Below, in pieces: positions 26,981 through 40,444 of a stretch of 64,000 nt of DNA (position 1 is the first letter of the stretch; the number at the start of each line of letters is the position of its first letter). Source of the stretch: Paecilomyces variotii (Eukaryota); NCBI GenBank assembly GCA_004022145.1, contig RCNU01000009.1; one strand, written 5' to 3'. Both the position numbers and the translations under genes were made by a program. A model generated the notes under the pieces. That model was given only the letters and a program-made list of their open reading frames with translations. It had not been told where the DNA came from and did no database searches.

Positions 26981-28216
26981 TCAACCTGCGACGGGCTCGG
27001 CAGTAGGGGCTGAAGCTGTTTCAGCTGGGTCTTCTGATTGCGGCACGTCGTTCTTCTGCTGCAATTGTCCGAGGCCATTAGCGAGAGTCAGAGCTTGTGG
27101 TAGTACTCCCTCTGTGCCCCAGATGGTTTTGATTAATTCCAGCTCGGCCTCGGCTACGTTGTCAAAGATGGATTCTTTCTCCCTGAAGGCTTGTTTTCTC
27201 CGTGGTTCGATTTTCTCCCAGTCCTGGCGAAGCTGGGCGCTTTCCTTTTCTGCCCAGTGGATCTGGCGACGGAGCAGGCGGTAGAGGTCGTATGGACGAA
27301 GGGAAAGCTCCTCTTCATCGAAGCCTAGTTCAGGGCCATAGTCGGGAATAGATATTGAGTCAAGTTCATCAATGTCTGCAGGCTCTTCGATGTTGGTGTC
27401 GCTTAATTGTTCCATGTCTTCTCTAGGGGGGTAGGACAGCTTTAGCTTGATACGCTGTAGCTTGCTGGTTGGCGTAGCTATTGACCCGAGAGCAGTATGA
27501 TGCTTTGGGACGGGGTCTGAAGGTCTCAGGGCTTCTGTTTCGTGGACTGTCCTCATGTGCTTCGCGAGAGCGTCTGAACGGGTGAAGCTGCGATCGCATT
27601 CTGTACGTAGTGAAACAGGCCATGTCAGTCAGGAATGCTCACAAATCAGAGTCTCAGATGAGATTAAGACACCCGAACACATACCTGGAAGTGCGCAGTA
27701 GAAAGGTTTCTCTCTGGTATGGCTTCTCATATGCGCGCGCAGCGCGTATCCGCTTGCATGCGTCTGACCCTTCCGGCTACAATCGACCCATTCGCAGGAG
27801 TACTTCTTCTGCCGGATCCCAATATGTTCATTATGGATATGCTGGACGAGGTCATCCATATTTCCCAGATCTCCAGCTTCGCATCCCTCCCATCTGCAGA
27901 CGGTCACTTGGTCACTGCCCTGGCCGCTATAGTCGTCATCCTGGCCGGCTCCGATGAGCGCGGCTGTGTTGGGTGAGTTCGGGATATCACCGGAGGTATC
28001 GGACGATATCGAGGTCGAAGGAGATGTCGGAGGAATATCTTCGTGAACTGAGGACATGGGCGTCTGGCGGTCCCAGGACGCGATGCCAGTGCGACGGCGC
28101 TTTGAGGGCGGCATGTTCGATGCGGAGGGTGATTGTCCCTGGTTATCGAGCTTCATGTCCTCAGTAAGGTCATCTGAAGCGATGGAGGAGAGAGGGGATC
28201 CTGGAGACTCGGCCAT
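26981..28216 (-). CDS. IEC1: C2H2 zinc-finger protein, INO80-complex subunit Iec1-like
   Basis: Three fingers (CRWEGC..HIHNEH; CEWVDC..HMRSH; CALPECDRSFTRSDALAKHMRTVH across the intron), then a coiled C-terminal region LYRLLRRQIHWA. Confidence 0.75.
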
Positions 28217-28927
28217 GGTGAAAAGCACACGGCTGTGATGCGAATGGTTTGCAAAAAGGGTCAATAGCAGGGTTGGATGCCTACAATCAAAGACATTGTT
28301 CCCGGCTGCATTGAATGTCTAAAGCAGCTATACCGCGATGGCCCCAGCACGTGACCGGACTATTTATCTCCGTCGGCGATGTGAGTTTTTTTCCCTCTGC
28401 TTTCCTCTCTACACATTTATCATTTCTGCATGTGTGCGCACAACACTGAGACCAAGACTACTCCTCTACAATGATAATTGGAATAGCATCAGATCATATT
28501 ATCCGTTATTGATATTATGTTCATAATTCATGTGCATGTTGATGATTTCTACCACTAAACCATCATAAACCAGTGAAGGGTAAGTCAATTAACCACAGCC
28601 CCTGCTTATTCCAACCTCCCCTTTTCCATGATGAGTAAAAAGTGAATTCTGCAATACAGACAGTTTCCTGTTCTGCAGTGAAACCGTGTGTTGACACCAA
28701 ATCTACACTTGATCTGATCGTCGAACCACTCGAAGCATTTGTTTTCAGAAGACGTCAAAAGGGTTTAGCTGACCTTCATTTCAGAACAGGAAATGCCAAG
28801 TAGAGTCCGCTATATGCAGAGTTTATCGCCTGATTTTTTTTCCCCCGTATAGCTTCGCTGCGTAGCAATAATCGTTGCTCTGACCGGGATGGAAGTAGTC
28901 TATCGACGGAGGCTGGTAAATACTGGT

Positions 28928-30090
28928 TTAGTGCGAAGGATATCTTTCTCCAACCACCTTGTGCTCCTGCAAGATCTTTTCGAGATCCTTCATATCCGCA
29001 TCGTCAAGTTCAGGGATGTCCTTCGTATTCTGAGTAACCTTGTCGCTAGTCGTACCACCAGGGATGGGAATAATCGTAGGCATGCCAGGCTTTGCGCTCA
29101 AGGTCTTCAGCCAGGACAGAGCGATCTGACCAGGGGTCAGACTCTTTCGCTCGGCGATCTTCTTCACTTCGTTGACCAGCTGCAGATTGTTCTTCAGAGT
29201 CTCATCTTGGTACTTAGGCAGCAGTCTCCGGAAGTCGCCCTCGGGGATATCAGTGAGTTTGGTGATGGAGCCTGTCAGAACTCCCCGGCCAAGCGGAGAG
29301 TAGGCAATCAGAGGGATTCCAAGTTCCGCGCAGGCTGCCGCGGTGCCATCTTCAAGGACGTGCGTATCCCACAGGGACAGTTCAACCTCGACTCCCGCGA
29401 TGGGGTGAATCTTGGCTCTGAAGTCATGTCAGTATCCTAGTTCGGTGTGGCCGGGATGCTTTGCGGTGCAGAATACGTACGCTCGTCTCACCGTCTCAGC
29501 GTCGACCTCACTGAGTCCGATGCCCTTAATCTTTCCCTCCTTCACGAGCTGAGCTAGGATGCTCACGGTCTGTTCGACCGTAGTGTTCGGGTCCTGTCTG
29601 GCGCATTCGAAGATATCGACGCTCTTCTTTCCGTCCAGGACTCGCAGACACTCGTCTACGCTTCGTCGGATGTTCTCCTCAGAGCCATCTGGTACCAGGG
29701 CACCGCGCTTCAGACCACCCTTGATGCTCAGAACCACTTTGTCTGCGTTTTCGGGGTACTTGGTGAAGTATCTGTTGAGAAGATGCAGCGAGTTGCTCTC
29801 GGGAGTACCGTACAGCTCTCCACCGTTCCAGAAGTTGGCACCGAGCTTCAACGCCGTGTTCAAGGTTTCAAAGGCTACTTCATCACTCGGGGGTGTAGGA
29901 TTCCAGGTCAATCCTGCAATTGTGATGGTGATTCTGTCAGTACTGTTCGACCTGTCTTTTCTTTTGTGTTCTTTTTTTTTCTGCACGGATTCACAAGATT
30001 GCATTCGCATTAGAGTCTGGGAAACAGAGAAAACATACTCATCATTCCATAGCCCGTAGGACCAACCTCTCTTCCGACGAGGATAGGCAT
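28928..30090 (-). CDS. Aldo-keto reductase, pyridoxal reductase (AKR8/Plr1)-like
   Basis: MPILVGREVGPTGYGMM, FWNGGELYG, LSIKGG, DIFECARQD, IGLSEV, AYSPLGRG, PIPG. The NGGE-YG and FECAR variants are typical of pyridoxal reductases. Two introns. Confidence 0.85.
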
Positions 30091-30829
30091 GTTGACAGAG
30101 GCGATTCGTATCTGTGATGTGTAACTGAAGGTGTCTGTAGATGTCTGGGAAATACAAGGCGTTGATGTCTATCTTCGGCGGGGCAGCTATGAGGGGTCTT
30201 TATATCCTCCCGAGCCCCAGAATTCCTATTATTGCATCATGGATCTAGGTTTATTATCCCCGCAGCGTTGTACTGTCTACTCTACAGATTCGTCCAGTAA
30301 TACCGATGACTATGTCCGCATATACTACTAAGACCACGGTCTGAGTTAACCTCGTAAGCTCATCTCCGAACCCTGGATATTCTCGAACCATCCACTGCTC
30401 CTTTCCTGTCTTTGCGGGCGTGTTCTCGTCCGATTATTAACTTCCGGACCGGTCGTTGATAGAGAACACCGACAGGAGATAAGACACGCAAACCCGCCGC
30501 TAAACTCCGAGCACTTTAGAAGAGCTTCGGCATAATTACTTAGCGGACCTTAGAAGATCTGCCGGCTGGAAGCACTTTGATTTCTGTCTCCAAATTACAT
30601 TATTAGTGGGCCTTGTCTTTTGTCTGTTCAGCTTCATGCTTGGAAGACTGACAATAATTTACTAAGCAGAAACAGGCAGCTGAAATCATATCATGATCAA
30701 GACATCTAGTCGTGGATAACATGGAACCATAACCATTATTGGCCCTCTATGCCAAACGCCTCTGTACTTATACACATCTTGAATATCATTGTTTCATTTT
30801 TGTTTTTATAACACTTCGTATACCGTTGC

Positions 30830-31350
30830 TCATGAGAGACCATGCTCGTCACTGTCATACAAAACGCTTGTCAACGCCGATGTCAGAGTGTTCATCAAAT
30901 CCTGAACAAGATCCGGCGTGTTGGCTGCGGTAGGAGTTGCTGAAGCGGTGCTGTTGCTTGCAGTCGGTGTAGCGGTGCTCTGGCTGGCTCCCGTGCCATT
31001 GCTAGAGCCATACCTGTTCTTTGGCTCGCCGAGCTTGTCTGCGATATCGTTCTTCACGGCATTCTTGAGAGCGTTGACATTGACGTGGAGGCCAAGGTCG
31101 GAAAGGATATCTGATAGACTGGCATTGGGGTCTGGAATGATTCTCTGTTATTCAGACCGTCAGCTATCCCTGTTGGGACTAAGAGAGGCGGATCTGTATG
31201 AATACTTACCGGTTTAGGGGATCTGGTTCTCAAGACAGTCGCTCCATCGCCTGCAGGGGAAATCGGCAGTGCCTCTACTGTACAAACAAAGACGATGAGG
31301 CCGAAAACGAAGTATATGATGGCAAGTGACGAAGACAGTGTAGATGCCAT
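30830..31350 (-). CDS. Small putative secreted protein, 151 aa, unknown function
   Basis: Exon 31350-31210 (hydrophobic leader ending VEA-LP) splices in frame over a GTAAGT..CTGAC..CAG intron to exon 31144-30830, which has an S/T/A-rich segment. Confidence 0.7.
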
Positions 31351-33009
31351 TGTGTATTGTAGTGATATTCCTTTTGCGAGGGCCTCAGATGGACGTGGGA
31401 TGAGGGGTTAGAGAGATAGATTGGAGGTTCTTGGACTGGGCGAGCTCAGAACAGAGATGAATTCTTGGATTGACACTTCTAAAGCTTGAGACATCTACTC
31501 AACTGTGGAGAGAACGCTTTCCGTGGATCCAAATGAAGTTCATATATTTGTAGTGAGGTCTATGCGAGACCGCTGTCATTTGCCTCCTTGTGGAATGTTA
31601 GGATAACGCGCCGGCGGGTGGCCGTCACCAACCCCATTTCTGATAGACTTGACAGCCCCCAGTAAGTTTTTGATTACCGCAATGCAGGCTATCCCTTGCT
31701 CTTTGTGGTTAACAAATTAGCAAACAGTGCAAAGATGAGACTGTTGTGGCGCTGTGCTCTATGATCACTGATTTGGAGATGTTTCAGCCGTCCTTCCTGA
31801 GTATGGACCATCTTTACATTCATATTGAGCCCCAGCCAGCTTTCGATCAGCTTTCGATCAGCTTCCAACTTGTAGTTAGACGGTAATAAGTATGCGCAGT
31901 ATGTGTTGTGCAACAAGTTATTCTATCTCTCTGATAAGGCAGTGAGATCTTTATATTAGCGAAAGTTGCCCTACATGCGAGGTGCATTGTCGGGTTTTGC
32001 CGTACTTTCACCTCGATCCTTCGTTTTAAGATGTCTCGAATCCTTTAGTTGAGATAATCTGTGTCTCCGCTCTGGAGAAAATAATGGCATGAAGGGGAGG
32101 AAGGCCGATATTCTAATGGCTTCCAAAAACGGAAATGATCTCTCTTCCGACCTCCGCTATATAGACCTCAAGATGATAATGGTTATCAAATCCGGGAAGA
32201 GAGTATCATCCAATAACGCTTTGATATAATCTAGAATTGAAATGTAACTTCAATATCGCAACTAAAGGCATTGTATTCGGACCGTCTGTTGTAGGGTTAA
32301 ATACTCAGGGTTTCATAGATCCTTCAGACTCCGATATGGCTCCTTCCAAGACTGCAGTGAGAACTTCTATGTCCACAGGCATCCTTGTATATGAATACTA
32401 GAAACATCTCTGGTATGTATAATAGAGTGAGATTCGTTTGCCTCGATATATTCGAGGAAAAGCCGTGCTGTAAGCATATCGATGAGTTCAAAAAGTGTAT
32501 GCGAAAGATGTGCCAAAGGACGTAGTCTTGCAGAATTTCTGCAGCGTGGACTTAACTCCAGGTATTCACCTCGAAACTCATATTAGAGAATACTTTCTAT
32601 TGGTCAGTTAAGATGTTTTGAATCCATGCTATGCTCTATGAGACCCAGAGAGGGTAGGTAGTTTGGGACTCAATGAAGGTCTCTACCAGCGCATGTTTCA
32701 ATGCTCGCATGAAATATGGACACTCGTAAAGTAGATATACATGATGGGGATTCGTTTAGCTATGGTTAACTTTATAGCATCTAGGAGCATCAAGTGGAGT
32801 ATCAAATTATGCTGCCTTGAAGGACAATACGAATGTAACCGGAGACGGAGACAACTTTAAACTCCGGTCCCGCCCCACTTGACGATATCTTAAATCAGAG
32901 AGCAGAACACTTTTCTTTTTTTCCATCATTGGAAACGGCAGTCTTTATGAGTTCCGTGCCCGCGTCTTGAAACGGAGTCCGTCTTTCAGTGAGGTTGCTC
33001 ACTGTGTGG

Positions 33010-35184
33010 ATGGTGATGGATGCGTTGAAATCTAAGCCTCTTAGCAGCAGCTCGCATGGTTCGGGACCTCGCGGACCACGGGCTTGCCGCATATGCGCCG
33101 TTGCTAAAGCTAGGTGTGTCCCGTCGGCAGTAGATGGGACAAAGTGTGAAAGGTAATTCAATTGATAGTATCAATAGACGGGCCAGAATTGGGTTGACTC
33201 GATTGCAGATGTCATCGTCTAAAAAAAGAATGCGTTATGCAGACTCCGTCCGCAACTCGCAGACGGAAGGCACCAAGAACGTGAGTTGATACATGTATCA
33301 GCTAGAGATCCATCGAGTCCAGATGATAACATGTTCAATAGGAGGGTTGCTCAATTGGAGCAAAAGTTAGATAACATAGTCACTCTTCTCACATCGAACA
33401 GGACTACCCCGGCAGATGAAGAACAAGTGCAGGACCGGGCCGATCCCTCATACACAGGTATACCTGCAGCCGCTTCATCAAACACTCAATCTGGCTCCAC
33501 ATCATCCATACCGGATGCTACCGCAGCATGCTTGCAGCCTGCTTCTCTTTCTAGGTCCCCAGATCCAGGACCACCCCACCAGTTCTATGGATCCGCGCCG
33601 TTACCACCCCCACCCGTTGAGTTGAATGAAGAGACGTGCCTCAACCTTTTCAGGATGCGTATGGCAGAACATTTTCCGTTCGTTATGATCGATAGTAAGG
33701 TGTCTGTACATGAACTACGTCGGGACAAGCCCTTTCTGCTCAAAGCAATCGTTGTCACAGCATCCTTCAGTCAAATGGAGAGGCAAATGAACTTGGGGAA
33801 AGAGTTCGTACAAGAGTTGAGCCAGCGCATGCTAGTCGAAGGTGAAAAGTCTCTAGACCTTCTACAAGGACTTCTTGTCTATATGGGGTGGTAAGTCTCT
33901 TTGTAACGTTCGTGTAACAATACACTGGATAGCCCTAACACCCCTGAACAGGTTCCAGTATCTGTTTTCTTCCATACGACAAATAACGAATCTGCTACAA
34001 CTTGCAGTAGCCCTCGTGGTGGACCTTGGCTTGAACAAAGGGCAATCAAAACCTAATGTTCAGTGCCGGTTCCAGAAAGTTTCAGATGCCATGGGGGATG
34101 TCTCTGGGCTTGGATCTAGCGGAGGATCTGGCACTCTTGAAGAGAGAAGAGCTTTTTTGGGTTGCTTCTACCTAACCGCTGTGTAAGCCGCTTAAGAATA
34201 GTGTCACGAAAAAGAAAGCCATACTGACCTCGAAACAGAGTCTCATCAGTGTTCAGGCGGATGGATCCACTTCGATATACGCCTTATGTAGAAGAATGCT
34301 GCCAAATACTGCTTTCTAGCAAAAGATACCCTACGGATACCTACTTGGTCGAACTCGTGCGCCTCCAGAAGATTGCGAACACTATCAAACGAAGTATCCC
34401 CATAGACGATATCGAGCCGGGCAAAATGAGGGCTCCGGTCGGGATGCACATGAAAGCTATAGAAAAGGATCTGCATGTTCTGCGCGAGAGCTGGAACAAG
34501 CTTGTCAAAGGGAACTGTGAGCCACCACATTGCTGTACACACATTTCGCATTCTCGACGAGAGGGCTTTAGTAACGATTCAGGTATATTAAACATACACT
34601 ACCACGATACAGAAATGTCTTTGTACGAGATAGTATTTTATGACATCCCTCCTCAGACTTCCTACGGATCCTACTCGTTTGAGCGATTGAATACACTTTA
34701 CGCCTGTCTTGAATCGTCACTCGCGTTGATAGAACAGTTCCTCTCGATCCCACCCGCAATCTATGTCTACGTGCCAATTGTGATATGGCTCCATATAGCC
34801 CGCGCTATCATATTCACTCGACGACTGTGTTTCCTCGAAAACAGCGAGTGGGATCTAAATTACGTTCGAAGCAGAGTCAACCTGCCAACAATCCTGGACA
34901 GGATGATTCAGAAATCGGAGCTGGCCAGATCTTCTATGCTTCAGCCCGAACTTGGAGAGCATAGGGACTTGCTACTCGTCAGCATTTCGAAGCTGCGAAT
35001 GGTCAAGGAGGGGTATCTGCGAGCGATAGCTTCCGAACAGGAAACAGTTGGATCGTTGGGACACAATATATCATCTAGTAGCGTTCCTGCTGGCTATTAT
35101 GACTTTGATATGAGCGAGGGTTTCCTCGGCATTTATGACAGCTTCTGGCAAGGATTTCCAGAAGGGTGGAACATTTGTAAGTGA
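33010..35184 (+). CDS. Zn(II)2Cys6 fungal transcription factor
   Basis: CRICAVAKARC-VPSAVDGTK-CER/CHRLKKEC joined across intron 33153-33208. Coiled coil RVAQLEQKLD. Middle-homology motifs HFPFV, KSLDLLQGLLVYMGW, LVVDLGL, EERRAFLGCFYL. Five introns. Confidence 0.93.
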
Positions 35185-35312
35185 TAAACAAGTAGCCTGG
35201 AATTTTTCCCATGTGATTGCTCTAGGACTATGGTATGCTAATCGGGAAGAAAGGAAACATATATCACAAGTCTTGCCTTGAGTTAGAGGAGACTCTGTCG
35301 ATCACGGTCAAC

Positions 35313-36331
35313 CTATTTCTTTATTTTGAGGCGCTTGAATGCCTGCGCATTCTCCTTAATAGCGATCTCCACTGGAAGCCTCTCCATGCTGCTCGCCCCG
35401 AAGAAGCCATGGACACCCTTCGTGCGGTTCAAGACGTATTCGGCGTCTTTAGGTTCCGCAATCGGACCTCCATGACATAACACGATAATCTCCGGATTGA
35501 TCTTTACGGCCGCGTCCCGGATATCTTGGATGATAGTGACACAGTCGTCAAGGCTCAGTGCCGTTTCGGCCCCAATGGATCCAGATGTCGTAAGCCCAAC
35601 GTGGCAGACCAGCACATCTGCACCAGCACGAGCCATCCGTTCGCCTTCGTCAACATTGAAGACATACGGACATGTAAGCAGATCGATCTCACGCGCTGCT
35701 CGGATCATCTCGACTTCCTTGTCGTATCCCATGCCTGTTTCTTCGAGGTTCTGCCGGAATTTTCCATCTATCAGTCCTACTGTCGGGAAGTTTTGCACTC
35801 CGCAAAAACCTAGCCCTTTGAGCTGCTGTAGGAAGTTCGGCATCGAGCGAAATGGGTCTGTACCACAAACACCCGCTAGGACACCAGTATTCTCCACGAT
35901 AGGGAGGATCTCGCTTGCCTACTGAATGTTATTATACCCCGAACGATCGAAGTGCTGAACTTGAGGACTTTCTAACTCGGTGATTATCACCAATATTCGA
36001 TGTATCTGAGACTTACCATTTCCACAACCACCTGGTTAGCATCTCCATACGGCATCAATCCAGCCAACGAACCGCGACCCGCCATTCGAAAACGACCCGA
36101 GTTGTAGATGATAATGAGATCACAACCGCCCTTTTCGACGCTTTTTGCTGATAGTCCGATGCCTAGAATGGAGCTGTTACTTGATTTTCCATGTACATAC
36201 AAATAAAGCCAATACAATGATGCTGGACGATGCGCTTACTTACCCGCCCCTGCTCCTACGATGGTACCTCCATTTGCGACGACGTCTTTCAGTCGACCAA
36301 GCACTTCTTTCCGAGTGGTTGGGCGAGGCAT
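35313..36331 (-). CDS. TIM-barrel protein of the PEP-hydrolase-like / 'TIM-barrel signal transduction' family (homologous to the Tm-1 C-terminal domain), 279 aa
   Basis: Exons 36331-36244, 36162-36017 and 35918-35313. Motifs [73 protein letters not shown]. Confidence 0.92.
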
Positions 36332-36749
36332 CTAGGAAATCTATGGATTGCTCGATTGTACTGTACGTTCCTCAGCGTCTTTTCCAATGGCGAACTTTCG
36401 GAGCTCAAAGCTTTGGTTTCAGTCGAGAACCCCGCGTTGCGTGAGGAAATCATGTGGATGTGATATCATTCGACGTCGGGAAATCTCCGCATACCTCTAT
36501 GTACGAAACAAATGCGGGGGTCCGGAGTAAATGTGCATACATGTACTTGACGCTCTTTTCCTCTGCAATATTGACAGATCCATGTAATAAACTGTGATTG
36601 ATGATAGTTCATACTGATTACCTATTCTATCAAATCAATGCAATTTTTTGGTTAACTGCTGATCCTGTCTATCCTGACTCAACACATAACTCTTCCATGT
36701 GCTTATTCAATCTAGAGCTTCACAAGAACCAGACGGCCCTCAAATAAAT
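36332..36749. promoter_or_regulatory. Bidirectional promoter with clustered SYGGRG (CreA-type) and CGG sites
   Basis: SYGGRG matches at 36430-36435 (-), 36485-36490 (-), 36514-36519 and 36522-36527. CGG-N7-CCG at 36477-36489. Confidence 0.55.
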
Positions 36750-38036
36750 ATGTCAGCGAAGATCTCCAAGCCTACGGTGCTCCTTCTAGGGACGTGCGAT
36801 ACAAAACTAGAAGAACTCCTTTTCGTGAAAAAGGAAATTGAGCGCACCAAAGCTTGTTCTGTACTTCTTATGGATCTGGGTAGGGTTTCGAGTACTCATC
36901 CAGCAGTGGATATCGGCCACGCAAGTCTTCTAGAACATGCATCCCTTCCAACGTCTCAAGATCCAAATACCTACTTCGCAACACTCGCAAAGGGAGATTA
37001 TATACAAACTCTAACTGCATTTGCGATCACCACTACCACGGATCTGGTCCAATCCACCAAGATCCAAGGAATTATCGGCATCGGCGGGTCTAGTGGGACT
37101 GCCATAGCTGCAGCAGTAATGCGCGAGGCAGTCCCAATAGGATTTCCCAAGTTGATGGTGTCAACCATGGCCAGCGGAAACGTGAAGCCTTTCATTGAAG
37201 AGACAGATATCACTCTAATGTACAGCGTCGTTGACATTGCGGGAACAAACACAATCTTGAACCGCATCTTATCAAATGCAGCCGCTGCAATCGTGGGTAT
37301 GACCTGTTCCCATGCAGAGCATCTCAGATGGGAGTCAATTCAACCGGCCAAGAAACGCGTGGCCGTGACCATGTTTGGCGTCACTACGCCTTGTGTCGAC
37401 AAGATCCGCGAGCACCTGGAACAGAATCACGGATACGAGGTTTACGTATTTCACGCAACCGGTTCTGGAGGCAAGGCTATGGAGCGATTGATCTATGAAG
37501 GACAACTCGACGCAGTCATTGACCTGACCACAACCGAGATAGCAGACGAGCTAGTTGGTGGCGTCCTAACTGCAGGTCCGAATCGCCTCGAAGCTGCAGC
37601 AAGGGCTGGAATCCCTCAAATTATCAGCGTTGGAGCCTGCGACATGGTCAATTTCGGTCCGAAGGATACCGTCCCAGAAAAGTTTACAGGCCGCCTACTA
37701 TATGAGCATAACCCGGCGGTGACGCTCATGAGGACCAGTCCAGAGGAGTGCCAGATGATCGGGCAGGATATCGCGCAGAAATTGCGTACCCATAGCACGA
37801 ATCCAGAGGTCGTACGCGTGGTATTACCAGAAAGAGGTATCAGTATGATATCGACGGAAGGTCAGTCTTTCCATGATAGCGAGGCTGATTCTAGTTTGTT
37901 TTCCACATTGAAGCAGGGACTCTCAGAGACTGAGATCAAGGTGGATGGAGTGTCTTTGGACATTAATGATCCGGAATTTGCGGTGCTCGTTGCAGAGTTA
38001 TTGGTAGAGTTGGTCCAAAGAGGTTCGAAAAATTGA
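36750..38036 (+). CDS. UPF0261 / Tm-1-like ATP-binding domain protein, 428 aa, intronless
   Basis: Motifs LLGTCDTKLEE, GIGGSSGT, PIGFPKLMVSTMASG, YSVVDIAG, TMFGVTTPCV, VFHATGSGGKAME, DLTTTE, GACDMVNFG, HNPAVTLMRT, DINDPEFA. Confidence 0.92.
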   Translation: MSAKISKPTVLLLGTCDTKLEELLFVKKEIERTKACSVLLMDLGRVSSTHPAVDIGHASLLEHASLPTSQDPNTYFATLAKGDYIQTLTAFAITTTTDLVQSTKIQGIIGIGGSSGTAIAAAVMREAVPIGFPKLMVSTMASGNVKPFIEETDITLMYSVVDIAGTNTILNRILSNAAAAIVGMTCSHAEHLRWESIQPAKKRVAVTMFGVTTPCVDKIREHLEQNHGYEVYVFHATGSGGKAMERLIYEGQLDAVIDLTTTEIADELVGGVLTAGPNRLEAAARAGIPQIISVGACDMVNFGPKDTVPEKFTGRLLYEHNPAVTLMRTSPEECQMIGQDIAQKLRTHSTNPEVVRVVLPERGISMISTEGQSFHDSEADSSLFSTLKQGLSETEIKVDGVSLDINDPEFAVLVAELLVELVQRGSKN

Positions 38037-38754
38037 GACTGAGAATATAACAGCAGAGGATATTATCTAATGGAGCCGTATATATTCCATGTTTCTTTGT
38101 ACAGTTATGATAAGGATTCCTATGTATGCAGTATCGTAGTTACTTACCTACTCCTGGGTTAGTCTATAGACCTTGACTCACCACCAGGAAGGGTATTTTC
38201 CCGCATTCAAAAAATAAGATAAAATAAAGTAAAAAAACCCCAATATAGTGCACAAACAAGATCCCTTCCTTCGTAAGTTGAGGTTGAAGGACCCTGGGGG
38301 CTTATGGAGGGGCAGTCTGACAGCGCCCAAGATCGACAACAATAATAACAATGTACTGTACGACGGGCTGTCTGCTAGGGAATAAGAATAATGACCGCCT
38401 CATCGAACAAAAAGTCTGCAGGAATAATTTATCTCATAATAACCCAAACAACAGCAATGCCCCGTACTAGGATGACACGTGGGTGTGATCCCATCTCGCC
38501 TTGGCTGATGAAGATGATTATATTTATCGCCCAAAAAGGAAATTAGGGCGCAACCCTAGCAGATCGGCAGGTGGACGACGTGGGGTTTGCCGATGCTGGC
38601 TGAACTAACGGGCAGCGGAGAGATTTGGACCCGGACGGTAATCGACGTCCATTTCTTCTAGGCTTCCTTCCCCTCCTCTTCTCCTGACCTCTTTTTCCCT
38701 CTTGACACCCTTCCTTCATCCTTCTGTAACACCTATCCTTTCTTTCTTTTTCTT

Positions 38755-38831
38755 GTGAGTCTTCCCGCATACTATCTGGAAACTGTCCATCTGGATGTGC
38801 TTATCTGGCGTGCCGTACTGACTTTCCCCAG
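38755..38831 (+). other. Probable 5'-UTR intron of the SAH hydrolase gene
   Basis: GTGAGT donor, TACTGAC branch (38816) and CCCCAG acceptor; 77 nt long, ending 31 nt before the ATG. Confidence 0.7.
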
Positions 38832-38862
38832 TTCCCCTCATCAGTCAATTCAAGCAGTCAAA

Positions 38863-40444
<1,582 letters not shown>

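Noticed and set aside
31837-31864. CAGCTTTCGAT repeated ~2.5 times
   Set aside because: A simple slippage duplication with no other support.
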